Assembly: GCA_964350165.1 (NCBI GenBank)
Contig: CAYGJA010000004.1
Span: 7,638 to 71,637 of the forward strand
Source: an uncultured Candidatus Saccharibacteria bacterium
Lineage (GTDB): Bacteria > Patescibacteriota > Minisyncoccia > Phycocordibacterales > UBA1006
Reading direction: 5' to 3'
DNA: 64,000 bases
Shown: one piece after another, positions 1 through 10,111 of the stretch
How positions within the stretch are numbered: position 1 is the stretch's first letter
How the letters are laid out: the number at the start of each line of letters is the position of its first letter
Program-made: the position numbers and the translations under genes
The notes under the pieces: model-generated
The model's database searches: none
What the model saw: the letters and a program-made list of their open reading frames with translations, nothing else
Told to the model about the DNA's origin: nothing

Positions 1-473
1 ACAGCCTCAGCAAAATTTTGTTGGATTTCCTGGGGATTGGTTTGGGCAGGTTGCCCCTCCAGGTTCACGCTAGTAGAGACAATCGGGCCGGTTTTTTCGA
101 GCAGGTGGATTAGATTTGGCTTGGTGATTGGTATGCGAATAGCAATATCTGATTCAAAAAAAGTACGCCCCGGGAAATTCAAAGCATCTTTTTTGATTTG
201 ATAAATAAAAGAAGTTGGCGTTGTGCTTGCTTCAATTATTTTTCTTTGAGTGTCAGTGATTGTAACCGGAAGATTTTTTATAATTTGTTCAAGTGAAGCA
301 GCCAGGACAATAAGTGGTTTTTTCTTGTTTCGTTTTTTTATTTCGTATATTTTTTCAATGCCAACAGTATTAGAGATTAGAGCACTCAGGCCATATATAG
401 TATCGGTCGGCAAAACCCCAACCGAGCCTTCTAGTAGTTTTTCCGCTGCTTTTTCCCAGTTGAGACTCTCCAT
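1..473 (-). CDS. L-threonylcarbamoyladenylate synthase, TsaC/YrdC/Sua5 family (N-terminal part; 3' end lies beyond the window start)
   Basis: My own translation of the minus strand from ATG at 473-471 gives MESLNWEKAAEKLLEGSVGVLPTDTIYGLSALISNTVGIEKIYEIKKRNKKKPLIVLAASLEQ..., matching the YrdC/Sua5 consensus (vGvlPTDTvYGL...kIyeiKxR...Pl.vl). This partial ORF is absent from the six-frame ORF track. Confidence 0.6.
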   Translation of the reverse strand, partial: MESLNWEKAAEKLLEGSVGVLPTDTIYGLSALISNTVGIEKIYEIKKRNKKKPLIVLAASLEQIIKNLPVTITDTQRKIIEASTTPTSFIYQIKKDALNFPGRTFFESDIAIRIPITKPNLIHLLEKTGPIVSTSVNLEGQPAQTNPQEIQQNFAEA

Positions 474-482
474 CTTTTAATT

Positions 483-1595
483 TTAGATTTTAAAAATAAT
501 AACTTCTCCGTCTTTTACAATATATTCTTTCCCTTCGAGGCGGAGCTTGCCTTCTGTTCTAGCCTGAGAGAAAGAGCCTGAATTTAGTAATTCCTGCCAG
601 TTGATAATTTCTGCTCGAATAAATTTGGTCTGAAAATCTGAATGAATAGCTGATCCAGCCACTGGTGCAGTTGAGTTTTTTTTGATTGTCCAAGCTCTCG
701 TCTCTTCTTTTCCGGTGGTAAAAAATGTGATAAGGCCCAATAATCGATAGGCGGCGGTGATTAGGTTATTGATACCATCATCGCTATGACCAAGGTCTTC
801 GCGCATCATGGTTTTTTCTTCTTGATCAAATTCAGATAACTCGTGTTCTGTTTTTGCGTCGATGACTACGTATTCAGCACCATGGCTAGTTATTTCCTCG
901 GTTATTTTTAGAAATTCTTCAGGGTTTGTTTCGTCGAGATTCTTTCCTCCTGTTTTTTTGTTTAAGCCAAACAACATTGGCTTCATGGTTAGCAAATTCA
1001 GTTGATCGGCGATTTTCTGATCTTCGTCACTAAGGTCAACACTATGGGCCAATCGCTCATTTTCAAGCGCCTCCTGAATACGGGAACACACACCATCGAT
1101 AGCCACAGCGTCTTTGTCTCCTCGTTTTACATCACGAACGAGCTTGGTTCTTCTGCTTTCAATTGTTTCGAGATCAGCCAAAATAAGCTCCATGTTGATT
1201 ACCTTGATGTCTCGCAAAGGGTCGATATCTCCGTATACGTGATGTTGCTTGGTTCCCGTTTCATCTTCTACGGCAAAAATTCTAATCAAGTGCAAAATAG
1301 CATCTACTTCTCTGATGTGAGTCAGAAACTTATTACCAAGACCTTCCCCCTTGGAAGCCCCTTCTACCAAGCCAGCAATATCCACAAATTCGATCACTGC
1401 TGGAATTATTTTTTCAGTTTTAGACATGTCCGAGAGTTTTTGCAATCTATCATCAGGGACACCAACAATACCCACCGAAGGGTCGATGGTACAAAAAGGG
1501 TAATTTTCAGCGGGAACACTTTTTTGCGTCAGGGCGTTAAAAAGTGTTGATTTGCCTACGTTGGGTAGGCCCACGATTCCAATCGAGAGTGACAT
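483..1595 (-). CDS. ychF: Ribosome-binding ATPase YchF (Obg-family GTPase)
   Basis: N-terminal G1 motif [19 protein letters not shown], about 370 aa, C-terminal TGS-like region; length and architecture typical of YchF. Confidence 0.9.
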   Translation of the reverse strand: MSLSIGIVGLPNVGKSTLFNALTQKSVPAENYPFCTIDPSVGIVGVPDDRLQKLSDMSKTEKIIPAVIEFVDIAGLVEGASKGEGLGNKFLTHIREVDAILHLIRIFAVEDETGTKQHHVYGDIDPLRDIKVINMELILADLETIESRRTKLVRDVKRGDKDAVAIDGVCSRIQEALENERLAHSVDLSDEDQKIADQLNLLTMKPMLFGLNKKTGGKNLDETNPEEFLKITEEITSHGAEYVVIDAKTEHELSEFDQEEKTMMREDLGHSDDGINNLITAAYRLLGLITFFTTGKEETRAWTIKKNSTAPVAGSAIHSDFQTKFIRAEIINWQELLNSGSFSQARTEGKLRLEGKEYIVKDGEVIIFKI

Positions 1596-1599
1596 GATG

Positions 1600-1881
1600 T
1601 TAGTTCATTGGAGGGCGCGGTGCGCCCTTGGTGTTCTGCAAAGCTCCCATGACGCCCTTGAGTTCGTCCTGATGTTCTTTGAAAACTTGCATCATGGCAG
1701 CTTGCTGGTTCATGCCTTGTTTGGTTTTTTGTTCAATTTTTTGACCTATTTTTTGAAATAGTTCCGGGTTCTCTAGTACTAGATTAACCAAGGCTTCTTC
1801 CTGATCTTTTGGAAGGTTCATGCCTTTTAGTTTGCTTTGAATAAGTTTTTTGACGACTTTATTTTTGAGATTCTTAAACAT
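1600..1881 (-). CDS. Hypothetical small Lys/Gln/Met-rich protein (93 aa)
   Basis: Clean ORF between the P-type ATPase gene and ychF on the same strand; no recognisable motif. Confidence 0.35.
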   Translation of the reverse strand: MFKNLKNKVVKKLIQSKLKGMNLPKDQEEALVNLVLENPELFQKIGQKIEQKTKQGMNQQAAMMQVFKEHQDELKGVMGALQNTKGAPRPPMN

Positions 1882-1924
1882 GCAGCTATCCTAACATACT
1901 TGGATAAAGTGAAAAAGCCCCTGT

Positions 1925-4606
1925 TTATTTTCTGAATAATGCTTTAGACAACGATTGGTGTAGATAATATGCAGTGGGGACCACCAGGCTTACTAGGATA
2001 GCGATTAGCCAATCCAGACCATCCACGCTGGTGGTTCGAAGGATCGTTTGAAGCCAGCCCGAATACACGGCTCCCATCTGGAACAAGAGCACGGCTAAAA
2101 CAGCAATCCAAAACCAGCGATTTGAAAAAGCTCCTCGAATTGTTTTTTTGTTTCGAAGCACATAGGCAATCCAAATTTGAGAAAACACAACCATGATGAG
2201 TGTAACCGTACTGAGGACTTCTTGGCTTTCGTGTTGATAGAGGCTTCGAATAATAATAGACCCGCCAAGCATGGCTAATGCAACAACCAATATCCTAGCT
2301 ACGTCATGTTTACTTACGAGTGATTTTGAATAGCTCCCTGCTGTTTGTTTTCCTTGTTGAGGTTCCATGGTCAAAGGAAAAACCAAAAAGCTGTCAGTCA
2401 AGAGATTGAGCCAGACAATTTGCGCAGGGTTCAAAGGAATAGTTGCTCCAATAATGAGAGCAAATGCAACCACAAGAACTTCTCCGATGTTAGTCGAAAG
2501 CAAATAAGTGACTACTTTTTTGATATTGAGGAAAATACGTTTTCCTTCCTCCACCGCTTTGGGTATGTTTCCAAAATCATCATCCAAAAGAATAATGTCG
2601 GCAGCAGCTTTAGCCGCTTCGGTACCTATTTCTCCCATTGCGACACCAAGGTCTGCGGCAACCAACGAGGGCACATCATTTACCCCGTCGCCAGTCATAG
2701 CTATGGTTTTTCCATTTTCTCGAAAGGCCTGAATGATGCGTAATTTATGTTCGGGAGTGACTCGAGCAAAAACACTTACAGTCGGGATAATTTGCTGCAA
2801 AGCTTGGTTGCTCATAGCTTCGATTTCGTTTCCAGACAATACTCGGTCTCCTGCTGTAAAAATTCCTGACTTCTCTGCAATTGTCTTGGCTGTGCTGGGA
2901 TAGTCTCCGGTAATCATGACCACTCGTATTTTTGCCTCACGGGCTTCTTTCATCGCAGCGGGGACCTCTTGACGAATCTGATCCTCCATAATAAAAATTC
3001 CAAAGAATACAAGTTCCTCTATGTCACCAAGCGTCAAAGTTTCTTTTGTTGTTTTTTTGTACGCCAAGGCTATCACGCGATGTCCTAGTGATGACTCCCT
3101 CGTGACTAGTTCCATAAATTCTTCTTTTTGTTTTTTTGCAAAAACAGTCTCGGTGTCCTTGCGTATCGTTGCGCACAAATCTAACACTACTTCTGGTGCG
3201 CCGGTAACAACCAAGACATTCCCATCTTTTTGTTTGTGAAGATTTGCATAATATTTTCTTTTGTAAGAAAAAGCGATTTCATCAAGCAGTCGCCCCTCTT
3301 TTAGGATTTGGGTTTTTTCGAGCCCCATTCTTTGGGCAAAAACCAACATGGCCGCTTCTGTTGGATCACCAGCAACCGTGACGGTACCTTTTTGTCTAAA
3401 AATTTCCGCATTAGCACTTAGGCCACTGAGCAAGGCAAAATACTCTAACTCCAACAAGGTCTCTTGTTCGTCAAGAATTGTCTTGTTGATAGTTAAGGTA
3501 CCGATTGGATCGTATCCTTCTCCGTGCATGGAGGCTTCAACTGTTGAAAGCATTACCTGCGTAACAGAAAGCTGATTACGGGTTAGGGTTCCTGTCTTGT
3601 CGACAGCAATAACATCTGCATTACCCAGTGCCTCTACTGCTTGCAGACGTTTTATCAAAACATTGTTTTGAGCCATTCTTTGTACTCCTTGTGCCAAAAC
3701 TAACGTCACTACAATAGGTAGTCCTTCTGGCATAACTGCAACCAAAAGCGACGCACTGGTTAAGAAGATTTCCCTGAGAGCATAACCTTGATAGAGGGCA
3801 ATACCAATCATTCCAGCCAAGGCAATTCCGATACCAAGCACTAGTTTATTGGTAAGAATTTTTATTTTGGTTTGAAGAGGGATTTCTGTCTCATAGAGGT
3901 CTACCTGACTTGATATCTTGCCGATTTCGGTGTGTTGTCCGGTTCCGACAACTACAGCCGTTGCTTTCCCTCGACTAGCATAAGTGCCTTTGAAAATCAT
4001 ATTGTGTCGATCTCCAGGAACAATACCCTGCTCTTTTATTGGATCGATGTCTTTTGGTTTGGTTTTTGATTCTCCGGTCAAGATTGCCTCGTCCACAGAA
4101 AGATCTTCATTTTTGATAAGTCGAGCATCTGCCGGGATTCTACTTCCTTCTAGGATGATAATAATATCACCAGGTACGATTTCGGCTGATTCAATCAGCT
4201 GTTCTCTTCCGTCTCTGCGCACAAGGGCCTTATCTTTTTCATATGAACGCAATGCAAGAATTGCGCTTTGAGCTTTACCCTCCTGATAAGCCCCAACGAT
4301 TGCATTTAAAATCAAAACAAAAGCAATAATGGAACCGTCTACAATTTCGCCAAGCACAAAGGTGATAATCACAACCAACAACAATATATAAACAAGCGGG
4401 CTGGCAAATTGGCGTAACGCCAATCGAAACCAGCTATCTGCTTTTTTGTTGGGCAGTTCGTTTCTGCCCTGAGTCTCTAGGCGATATCTGGCTTCATCAT
4501 CTGAAAGACCATCATCGTCTGTTTTTAATGCTTGTAATACTTCTTTTTTTTCTAGAGTATGCCAAACATACTCATTTTCTTTTTGTTCTTGGCTCATGGT
4601 AAGCAA
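1925..4606 (-). CDS. P-type cation-transporting ATPase (Ca2+/Mg2+ type, P2-like)
   Basis: Phosphorylation motif DKTGTLT, TGES actuator motif, hinge motif MTGDGVNDVPSL, multiple TM helices, 893 aa. Confidence 0.9.
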   Translation of the reverse strand: MLTMSQEQKENEYVWHTLEKKEVLQALKTDDDGLSDDEARYRLETQGRNELPNKKADSWFRLALRQFASPLVYILLLVVIITFVLGEIVDGSIIAFVLILNAIVGAYQEGKAQSAILALRSYEKDKALVRRDGREQLIESAEIVPGDIIIILEGSRIPADARLIKNEDLSVDEAILTGESKTKPKDIDPIKEQGIVPGDRHNMIFKGTYASRGKATAVVVGTGQHTEIGKISSQVDLYETEIPLQTKIKILTNKLVLGIGIALAGMIGIALYQGYALREIFLTSASLLVAVMPEGLPIVVTLVLAQGVQRMAQNNVLIKRLQAVEALGNADVIAVDKTGTLTRNQLSVTQVMLSTVEASMHGEGYDPIGTLTINKTILDEQETLLELEYFALLSGLSANAEIFRQKGTVTVAGDPTEAAMLVFAQRMGLEKTQILKEGRLLDEIAFSYKRKYYANLHKQKDGNVLVVTGAPEVVLDLCATIRKDTETVFAKKQKEEFMELVTRESSLGHRVIALAYKKTTKETLTLGDIEELVFFGIFIMEDQIRQEVPAAMKEAREAKIRVVMITGDYPSTAKTIAEKSGIFTAGDRVLSGNEIEAMSNQALQQIIPTVSVFARVTPEHKLRIIQAFRENGKTIAMTGDGVNDVPSLVAADLGVAMGEIGTEAAKAAADIILLDDDFGNIPKAVEEGKRIFLNIKKVVTYLLSTNIGEVLVVAFALIIGATIPLNPAQIVWLNLLTDSFLVFPLTMEPQQGKQTAGSYSKSLVSKHDVARILVVALAMLGGSIIIRSLYQHESQEVLSTVTLIMVVFSQIWIAYVLRNKKTIRGAFSNRWFWIAVLAVLLFQMGAVYSGWLQTILRTTSVDGLDWLIAILVSLVVPTAYYLHQSLSKALFRK

Positions 4607-4688
4607 TCTATATGAAGGAATGGTAATATATAAAGTGTACCACCTGGGGAGATTTGGTAATAAAACCCCTATTCACACGTCATAAACT

Positions 4689-5234
4689 ATGGACATGCCA
4701 AGCAAAAAGAAGTCAGAAAAAGTAAGGCAGCGCTTTTTGGCTGCGTATGATGCTCATGGCGATGACATTTTTGCTTTTGTAATGTCCCGAACAGGTAATC
4801 GAGACACGGCTCTTGATTTGACCCAAGATGTCTTTACTAGTACCTGGACGTACTTATCTCGAGGGAAACGCGTCAATAATTTGCGGGCTTTTTTGTTTCA
4901 AATTACAAGAAACAAAATCATAGATCACTATCGCAAGAAAAAGACAAATTCTCTGGATCATCTTATCGAGGCCGGCTTCGAAATGTCCGACTTGGGCAGA
5001 GCCATTGAGCAAATGCGATCACAAATTGATTCGGACTTTACGCTCCGATCCCTTTCTTCTTTGTCGCCCAGCCACTATCAGGTGATCCATATGCGTTTTG
5101 TAAAAGGTATGTCCGTGGATGATATGGCATTTGTGTTGGGTATTCAAAAAAACGCCGTTTCTGTGCGTCTCCATCGAGCTTTGGCTTATGCTCGTGAAAA
5201 TGTTATCGAAAAAGAAAATGAACAACGATTCTAA
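4689..5234 (+). CDS. ECF-subfamily RNA polymerase sigma-70 factor
   Basis: 181 aa; region 2 (DLTQDVFTSTWTYL) and region 4 HTH (MSVDDMAFVLGIQKNAVSVRLHRA) typical of sigma-24/ECF factors. Confidence 0.85.
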   Translation: MDMPSKKKSEKVRQRFLAAYDAHGDDIFAFVMSRTGNRDTALDLTQDVFTSTWTYLSRGKRVNNLRAFLFQITRNKIIDHYRKKKTNSLDHLIEAGFEMSDLGRAIEQMRSQIDSDFTLRSLSSLSPSHYQVIHMRFVKGMSVDDMAFVLGIQKNAVSVRLHRALAYARENVIEKENEQRF

Positions 5235-6471
5235 TTACAACAAAAAACTATCTCCAGAAGAAAAAGGAAAACTACGACAACAACTTGCTCGTACCACTTT
5301 TGATGTCCCCTATCAACCACGAAGTGGCTATCTTTTGCATGGTCTGGTAAAAAGCACCCTTTCAATTGCTCTCTTGGTGGCCTTTCCTGGCATAAGTATT
5401 TTATATGCAGCCGAAAAAGCCCTTCCCAATCAGGGGATTTTGTATGATTTGAAACGAGGAGGAGAAGAATTTATGATTAGTTTTTATACATCTCCAAATG
5501 ATCAAGTTGCTTTTCGCGAAACACAAATAAAACGAAGGGTTGAAGAAGCTACGCAGTTGGTGTTGCGTGGCTCTATGAACTCGGCACATGCTGACGTACT
5601 CAGCCGAGATATTGCTGCACATGTTGCTTCCGCTGAGGCCACTTTGCAGTACGCCCAAAACGATAAAGAAGAAGCCGTGCCAAAAGAATCAGTAAAACAA
5701 ATATTAGCAGTTCAACAAAAAGTACTAGCCGCTGTTGCTGAAACACAGCCCGAGGGGTCGAAAGATTCAATTACGGCCATTCAAGAAACTACCGCTGCTC
5801 TAGAAAATGGATTGCTTACAAAAAAAGACTTCTCCGAATCAACGGCCATGGGAGTAAAAAATGAAGCAAGTATTACAGAGCTGGAAATCGAAAAGTTGCT
5901 CGTTGTTGCCAGGCTAGAGGTAAAAAAAGCCATTCCAAAAACAAAAGAATTAGCTAGTTCGACCGAAGGTGTCGCTTCGGCTTCTCAAAAGGGTAAAGAA
6001 AAAAAGATCTTGGTGACTTCTGCTACTAACACTGCACCAATCTTGACGGTAACCACAGCAAGCTCCACCGCCACGAATAGTAGAATTATTTTGGGTGAAA
6101 CCAGAGAGCTGGCAGGCGCAGAAGAGGCTCTCGAGAATCTTCAAAATCGATTCGACATCCTCAAAACAAATGAAAAAGAAACAGCTTCTGATGATTCCCT
6201 CGGTTCCCTTTTGACCGATATCAAGGTATTTTTGGCGCTACTAGATTCAGACGTTTCTCTTGTGACTGGTTTTAGTTTTACTCAAACAGTCGACCCTGTG
6301 ACTCCTAACTCTCCGGTGGCTGCATCCAGTACAAATACCCAAGCAATCCTAGACCTACAAAAATCAGTACCGGCAACAACAACTTCCACCAAGGAAACCC
6401 TCCTGACTCCAAAGGAAGATTCACTTGTTGACTCATATTCGCCTGAGCCAATAGCGACTGATTTGAACTAG
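5218..6471 (+). CDS. Putative membrane-anchored anti-sigma factor / hypothetical Ala-Ser-Thr-rich protein
   Basis: ATG at 5218 overlaps the sigma stop codon by 17 nt. Short cytoplasmic N-terminus, one TM helix (LSIALLVAFPGISILYAA), then a long low-complexity extracytoplasmic region. Function inferred only from position downstream of an ECF sigma factor. Confidence 0.4.
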   Translation: MNNDSNYNKKLSPEEKGKLRQQLARTTFDVPYQPRSGYLLHGLVKSTLSIALLVAFPGISILYAAEKALPNQGILYDLKRGGEEFMISFYTSPNDQVAFRETQIKRRVEEATQLVLRGSMNSAHADVLSRDIAAHVASAEATLQYAQNDKEEAVPKESVKQILAVQQKVLAAVAETQPEGSKDSITAIQETTAALENGLLTKKDFSESTAMGVKNEASITELEIEKLLVVARLEVKKAIPKTKELASSTEGVASASQKGKEKKILVTSATNTAPILTVTTASSTATNSRIILGETRELAGAEEALENLQNRFDILKTNEKETASDDSLGSLLTDIKVFLALLDSDVSLVTGFSFTQTVDPVTPNSPVAASSTNTQAILDLQKSVPATTTSTKETLLTPKEDSLVDSYSPEPIATDLN

Positions 6472-7699
6472 TCGCCACTACTGTTAATTTCTCTGGAATC
6501 TCTATGGTTACCGCTCGTTTCGTTGTGGGTGCTTTCTTGGCCACAGAAACAATTACGGCAGAAGCAGGAACTGGTTCGTCTGGATTGATAGTGCTGGTTG
6601 CAATCTGATTATACTCGGCGCGTAATATCTGATTGTTGTCATAAAGCAACACTTGTTTGGGGGCTGATTCTGTTTTGAATGTAACTTGATTTTCACTTAA
6701 AAAAGAAAGTGGTGGTATCAATACAGAATTACCGTCGATATTCAACAGCCAATTAGATATATCGAGCATGAATTCTGTTTCTTGAGAAAGAAATATTTGA
6801 TCGGTTGTTGCCCTAATTGAAATCAAGGGCTCAACGACTTCGACTATTTGCGTTCCTTCGGCCAACAAGGCGTCGCTCCATGGATCTGATCGGAGCTCGT
6901 AGGCAATAAGATATTTTCCAGGATATTGGTATTGATGCGTTACGGGAGTAATTTTTCTTTCTGAATCATAAAAACGACCATCTCCAAAATTTATTCTAAG
7001 GTTTCCATAGAAAAGTCTTTGAGAACCTCGATAGAATTCCGGAAGTAAATTAATATTTTGACCTGTTATGACTTGTTCTGGCAGTGGTAGCTCAAATCTA
7101 TAGGGTGTTTGATTGATAATCGCAACGGGTTCTGTGCTTGCCTGAGTGGTCGTGGCCTGTTGAATTTCCGTTGTTGTAGTAGCAACTGGTTCCAGCGCTT
7201 CTGATTTAATAGGGCCAACATAGCTACCAGGCGTAGCTAGTTTGGTTATCCATACTGAGCCATTCCACTGGGCAGTTTCTTTGGTGTCGTTATCTCCGGA
7301 TGGCCAACCAGCGCTTCCACTAATGCTATCAACCGTCTGACTGCTGGCATCGAGAATGGTTAGTGTTTCCCCAGTATTTGCTAAGGCTCCCGAATAAATA
7401 AGAAAAGCTGTTCCCGCCGCGCTTTCATCGCTTGTTCGCTCGAGAACAACAGATTGGCCTGCCATAATAGTGCCTTCGAGGTCTATGGTTGGGCTGCCAT
7501 CAGTGGCTAGAATTTGCCAACCGGTTACGTCAACGCTGGCGGTACCAGTATTGGTAAGTTCTATCCATTCGTGGCTTGCTGAATCAGCGTCACCCATCCA
7601 GGCAATCTCGGTAAAGATAATTTTTGCTAGAGAAATATGGGGGAAAAGTATTCCCGTACAAATAAAAATTAAAAAAATGTAATCTCTAGTCTTCGTCAT
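6305..7699 (-). CDS. Lamin-tail-domain (LTD) surface protein with N-terminal signal peptide and C-terminal TM anchor
   Basis: Signal-like N-terminus MTKTRDYIFLIFICTGILFPHISLA; LTD-like block IIFTEIAWMGDADSASHEWIELTNTGTASVDVTGWQI; C-terminal WWKLLLPVLIFVGLGLLGYLYW helix. Start chosen at the internal Met (7699) to avoid overlap with the upstream gene. Confidence 0.55.
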   Translation of the reverse strand: MTKTRDYIFLIFICTGILFPHISLAKIIFTEIAWMGDADSASHEWIELTNTGTASVDVTGWQILATDGSPTIDLEGTIMAGQSVVLERTSDESAAGTAFLIYSGALANTGETLTILDASSQTVDSISGSAGWPSGDNDTKETAQWNGSVWITKLATPGSYVGPIKSEALEPVATTTTEIQQATTTQASTEPVAIINQTPYRFELPLPEQVITGQNINLLPEFYRGSQRLFYGNLRINFGDGRFYDSERKITPVTHQYQYPGKYLIAYELRSDPWSDALLAEGTQIVEVVEPLISIRATTDQIFLSQETEFMLDISNWLLNIDGNSVLIPPLSFLSENQVTFKTESAPKQVLLYDNNQILRAEYNQIATSTINPDEPVPASAVIVSVAKKAPTTKRAVTIEIPEKLTVVATSSNQSLLAQANMSQQVNLPLESGGFPWWKLLLPVLIFVGLGLLGYLYWMQPPES

Positions 7700-10076
7700 C
7701 AGCCAAAATTCGTTGGAGAAGGCCGGCGGGGACCTCTCGAGGTTTCCTTGGTTCTCTCTCTTCATTCGCTGCCACTCGTGTTTGTTCTTTTGGGGCGGTG
7801 GCCTCGATCGAGAGAGTGCTGGGAGTAGCTATTTTTTCAAGTTGATCTCCCCTGTTTTCGTTGTTCTTCTGTGTTGTTTCTGTGTCTGTGATTGTCTGAA
7901 CTGAATTTGCTTTTGCCAATGCTTGCCGCAAAGCAGACACCTTGTCTTGGCTGGCTTGTTTTTCTGGGTCAAATTTTGGTTTGTGTGGTTTTTTTGAAAT
8001 CAAAGATGCAGCTCTGGCTCGATAAGAGTCTTCGAGGTCAATAATCTCTTCTCTGGGGGCTTTGGCGGCAAGATCGGCCAACGAGATCGTTTTTTGAGGT
8101 TCTTTTTTTACTTGTGGTTGTTGTTCAGTTACAACCGACTCTTTTTTTGTAGAAAAATCAATATTACCCAAGGCGTCTTTTAAAAGCCCCTGAAGCCCCT
8201 CCCTGTCAGGCCCACTTCGAGTTTTTTCTTTTGGCGAAAAATCATTTCGAGGTGCTTGATTTTGCAAGGGTAAATCTTTTTTTACTTGTGGTTGTTGTTT
8301 GCTCACAAAATCTCGCTGGGGTGGTTTTTTTGAAATTTCTTTTGGTTTGTTAGCTGGTCTTGGTTTTTCTGTTGGTTTTGATTTTTCTACTAGTCTTTTT
8401 TTGAATTGAGAATGGTCCCCGGTTGGCTTTTGTGGGGAAGGCTCTTGTTTTTTCGGAATTTTTGCTGGCTTTGTGTCGCCCGCTGAAGGAGCAAATTCTA
8501 TTCCTAGAGCAGCCAGGTCTGCTTTGGATCCTTGTTTTATTTGCGGTTTGCCATTTTTATCATTATTCGTGATTGCTTTCTTTTCACCGCTTTTTATCTT
8601 TGCGATACAATCGTGGCAATAAACGGGGCGCCCGGGTTGCGGTTTGAAGGGTACCGTGGCGATATGCTCACAATCATCAAAAGAACAAGGCACCCTATAT
8701 TTGCCATCACTAGCCAATCCTTCGGCGTTAATCGGCGTTTTTGCGCTGCTTTCTCCCCCCTCTCCGGAACCATTACTCCATTTGGTAATTTCGGCTTCTA
8801 CGACAGCTCGAGGGCGGTGGTAGAGCTTGCGAGATCTCCCAATAATGTATTCTTCTACTTTTGGTTTTCGCTCTAGTTTTACAATGGCGGGAAGCGTTTT
8901 TGCAGAAAAAGGTCTGGTTGTCATACCATTAACCAGAAGCTTGAGGTATACGTGATAATTAGGAAGTGACACAAAATCGTCTGGCGTAAATTCTGGCATG
9001 AATTCTGTTTCGAGAAAGTCCGCATCTGCTGCGCCAACGCGACCGATGATCATGGTTCCCACGTTACCAAATACGGCATCGCGAACCACTGTATTATTCT
9101 CTGTCTCCAGCTGCGCCACGTATTGATGAGCAATGATTAGATTGAGACGATATTTGCGGGCCTCGGACAAAATAGTTGCAAAAGAGTCGGTGACAAAGTT
9201 TTGGAATTCATCCACGTACAGATAGAAATCCTTACGTAGGTGCTCGGCTATTTTTACACGCTCCATGGCGGCAAGCTGTAGTTTGGTAATCAACATAGCT
9301 CCAAGCAAGGCGGAGTTGTCTTCACCCACTCGCCCCTTGGACAAGTTCACCAAGAAAATCTTTTGCTTGTCCATTATGTCTGGAATATTGATAGTGCTGT
9401 TGGGTTGCCCCAGAATGTTTCTAATAATCGCACTAGAGAGAAATTGCCCGACCTTGTTCTGGATTGGAGCAATGGCTTCTTTTCGGTAGCGGTCTTCCCA
9501 GGCTTCGTATTCGTGAATCCAGAACGTACGCACCACCGGGTCTTTGATGTTGTTTACTATGGTTTGACGATAGTCCTTATCGACCAGTAAACGAGGAATT
9601 CCCAAAAGAGTCGTGCCCGGAGTGTCAATTAGGGCAAGGATGCAATTGTTCAGGATATATTCCATTCGAGAAGACCAGACGTTGGCCCAAATCTTGGTAA
9701 AAATTCCCATAATACCCGAAGCAACCAAGTGTTTGTAGCGGTCGTCATAGACTTCGAGAACATTAAAACCAACGTGATATTCGATATCCGAAGGATTAAA
9801 ATAAACTACATCGTCAAGGCGCTCTTTTGGAATCACACCCAATAAGTCTTCGACTAATTCTCCGTGCGGATCGACGATACAGACACCATCACCGTTTCTG
9901 ATATCCTGAAGAGCCATATTAGAAATCAGAGTAGATTTTCCCATCCCTGATTTTCCCAGGATATACATGTGTTGCCGGCGATCTTGTCGCTGGATACCAA
10001 AAATTTTTTCATTATTGCGATAGTGGGTCTTCGCAAAATAAATAATGTCTTTATTCTTTGGTAGCTCAACATTCAT
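7686..10076 (-). CDS. Soluble VirD4/TraD-like P-loop ATPase (type IV secretion system DNA-binding-domain family) with C-terminal zinc ribbon and Lys/Pro/Gln-rich disordered tail
   Basis: Walker A ILGKSGMGKST near residue 40, Walker B FYLYVDEFQNF, no N-terminal TM helices; CxxC...CxxC (CSFDDCEH...YCHDCIAK); about 330-aa low-complexity tail with QQPQVKK repeated twice. Confidence 0.5.
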   Translation of the reverse strand: MNVELPKNKDIIYFAKTHYRNNEKIFGIQRQDRRQHMYILGKSGMGKSTLISNMALQDIRNGDGVCIVDPHGELVEDLLGVIPKERLDDVVYFNPSDIEYHVGFNVLEVYDDRYKHLVASGIMGIFTKIWANVWSSRMEYILNNCILALIDTPGTTLLGIPRLLVDKDYRQTIVNNIKDPVVRTFWIHEYEAWEDRYRKEAIAPIQNKVGQFLSSAIIRNILGQPNSTINIPDIMDKQKIFLVNLSKGRVGEDNSALLGAMLITKLQLAAMERVKIAEHLRKDFYLYVDEFQNFVTDSFATILSEARKYRLNLIIAHQYVAQLETENNTVVRDAVFGNVGTMIIGRVGAADADFLETEFMPEFTPDDFVSLPNYHVYLKLLVNGMTTRPFSAKTLPAIVKLERKPKVEEYIIGRSRKLYHRPRAVVEAEITKWSNGSGEGGESSAKTPINAEGLASDGKYRVPCSFDDCEHIATVPFKPQPGRPVYCHDCIAKIKSGEKKAITNNDKNGKPQIKQGSKADLAALGIEFAPSAGDTKPAKIPKKQEPSPQKPTGDHSQFKKRLVEKSKPTEKPRPANKPKEISKKPPQRDFVSKQQPQVKKDLPLQNQAPRNDFSPKEKTRSGPDREGLQGLLKDALGNIDFSTKKESVVTEQQPQVKKEPQKTISLADLAAKAPREEIIDLEDSYRARAASLISKKPHKPKFDPEKQASQDKVSALRQALAKANSVQTITDTETTQKNNENRGDQLEKIATPSTLSIEATAPKEQTRVAANEEREPRKPREVPAGLLQRILADDED

Positions 10077-10111
10077 TACAAGTAGTATAGCTTATTTAAA
10101 ATGACACCCTG

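Noticed and set aside
250-480. Plus-strand 76-aa ORF at the window start
   Set aside because: Antisense to the much better supported TsaC/YrdC-family reading frame on the minus strand.
1002-1550. Plus-strand 182-aa ORF inside ychF
   Set aside because: Antisense to a highly conserved GTPase gene; no features of its own.
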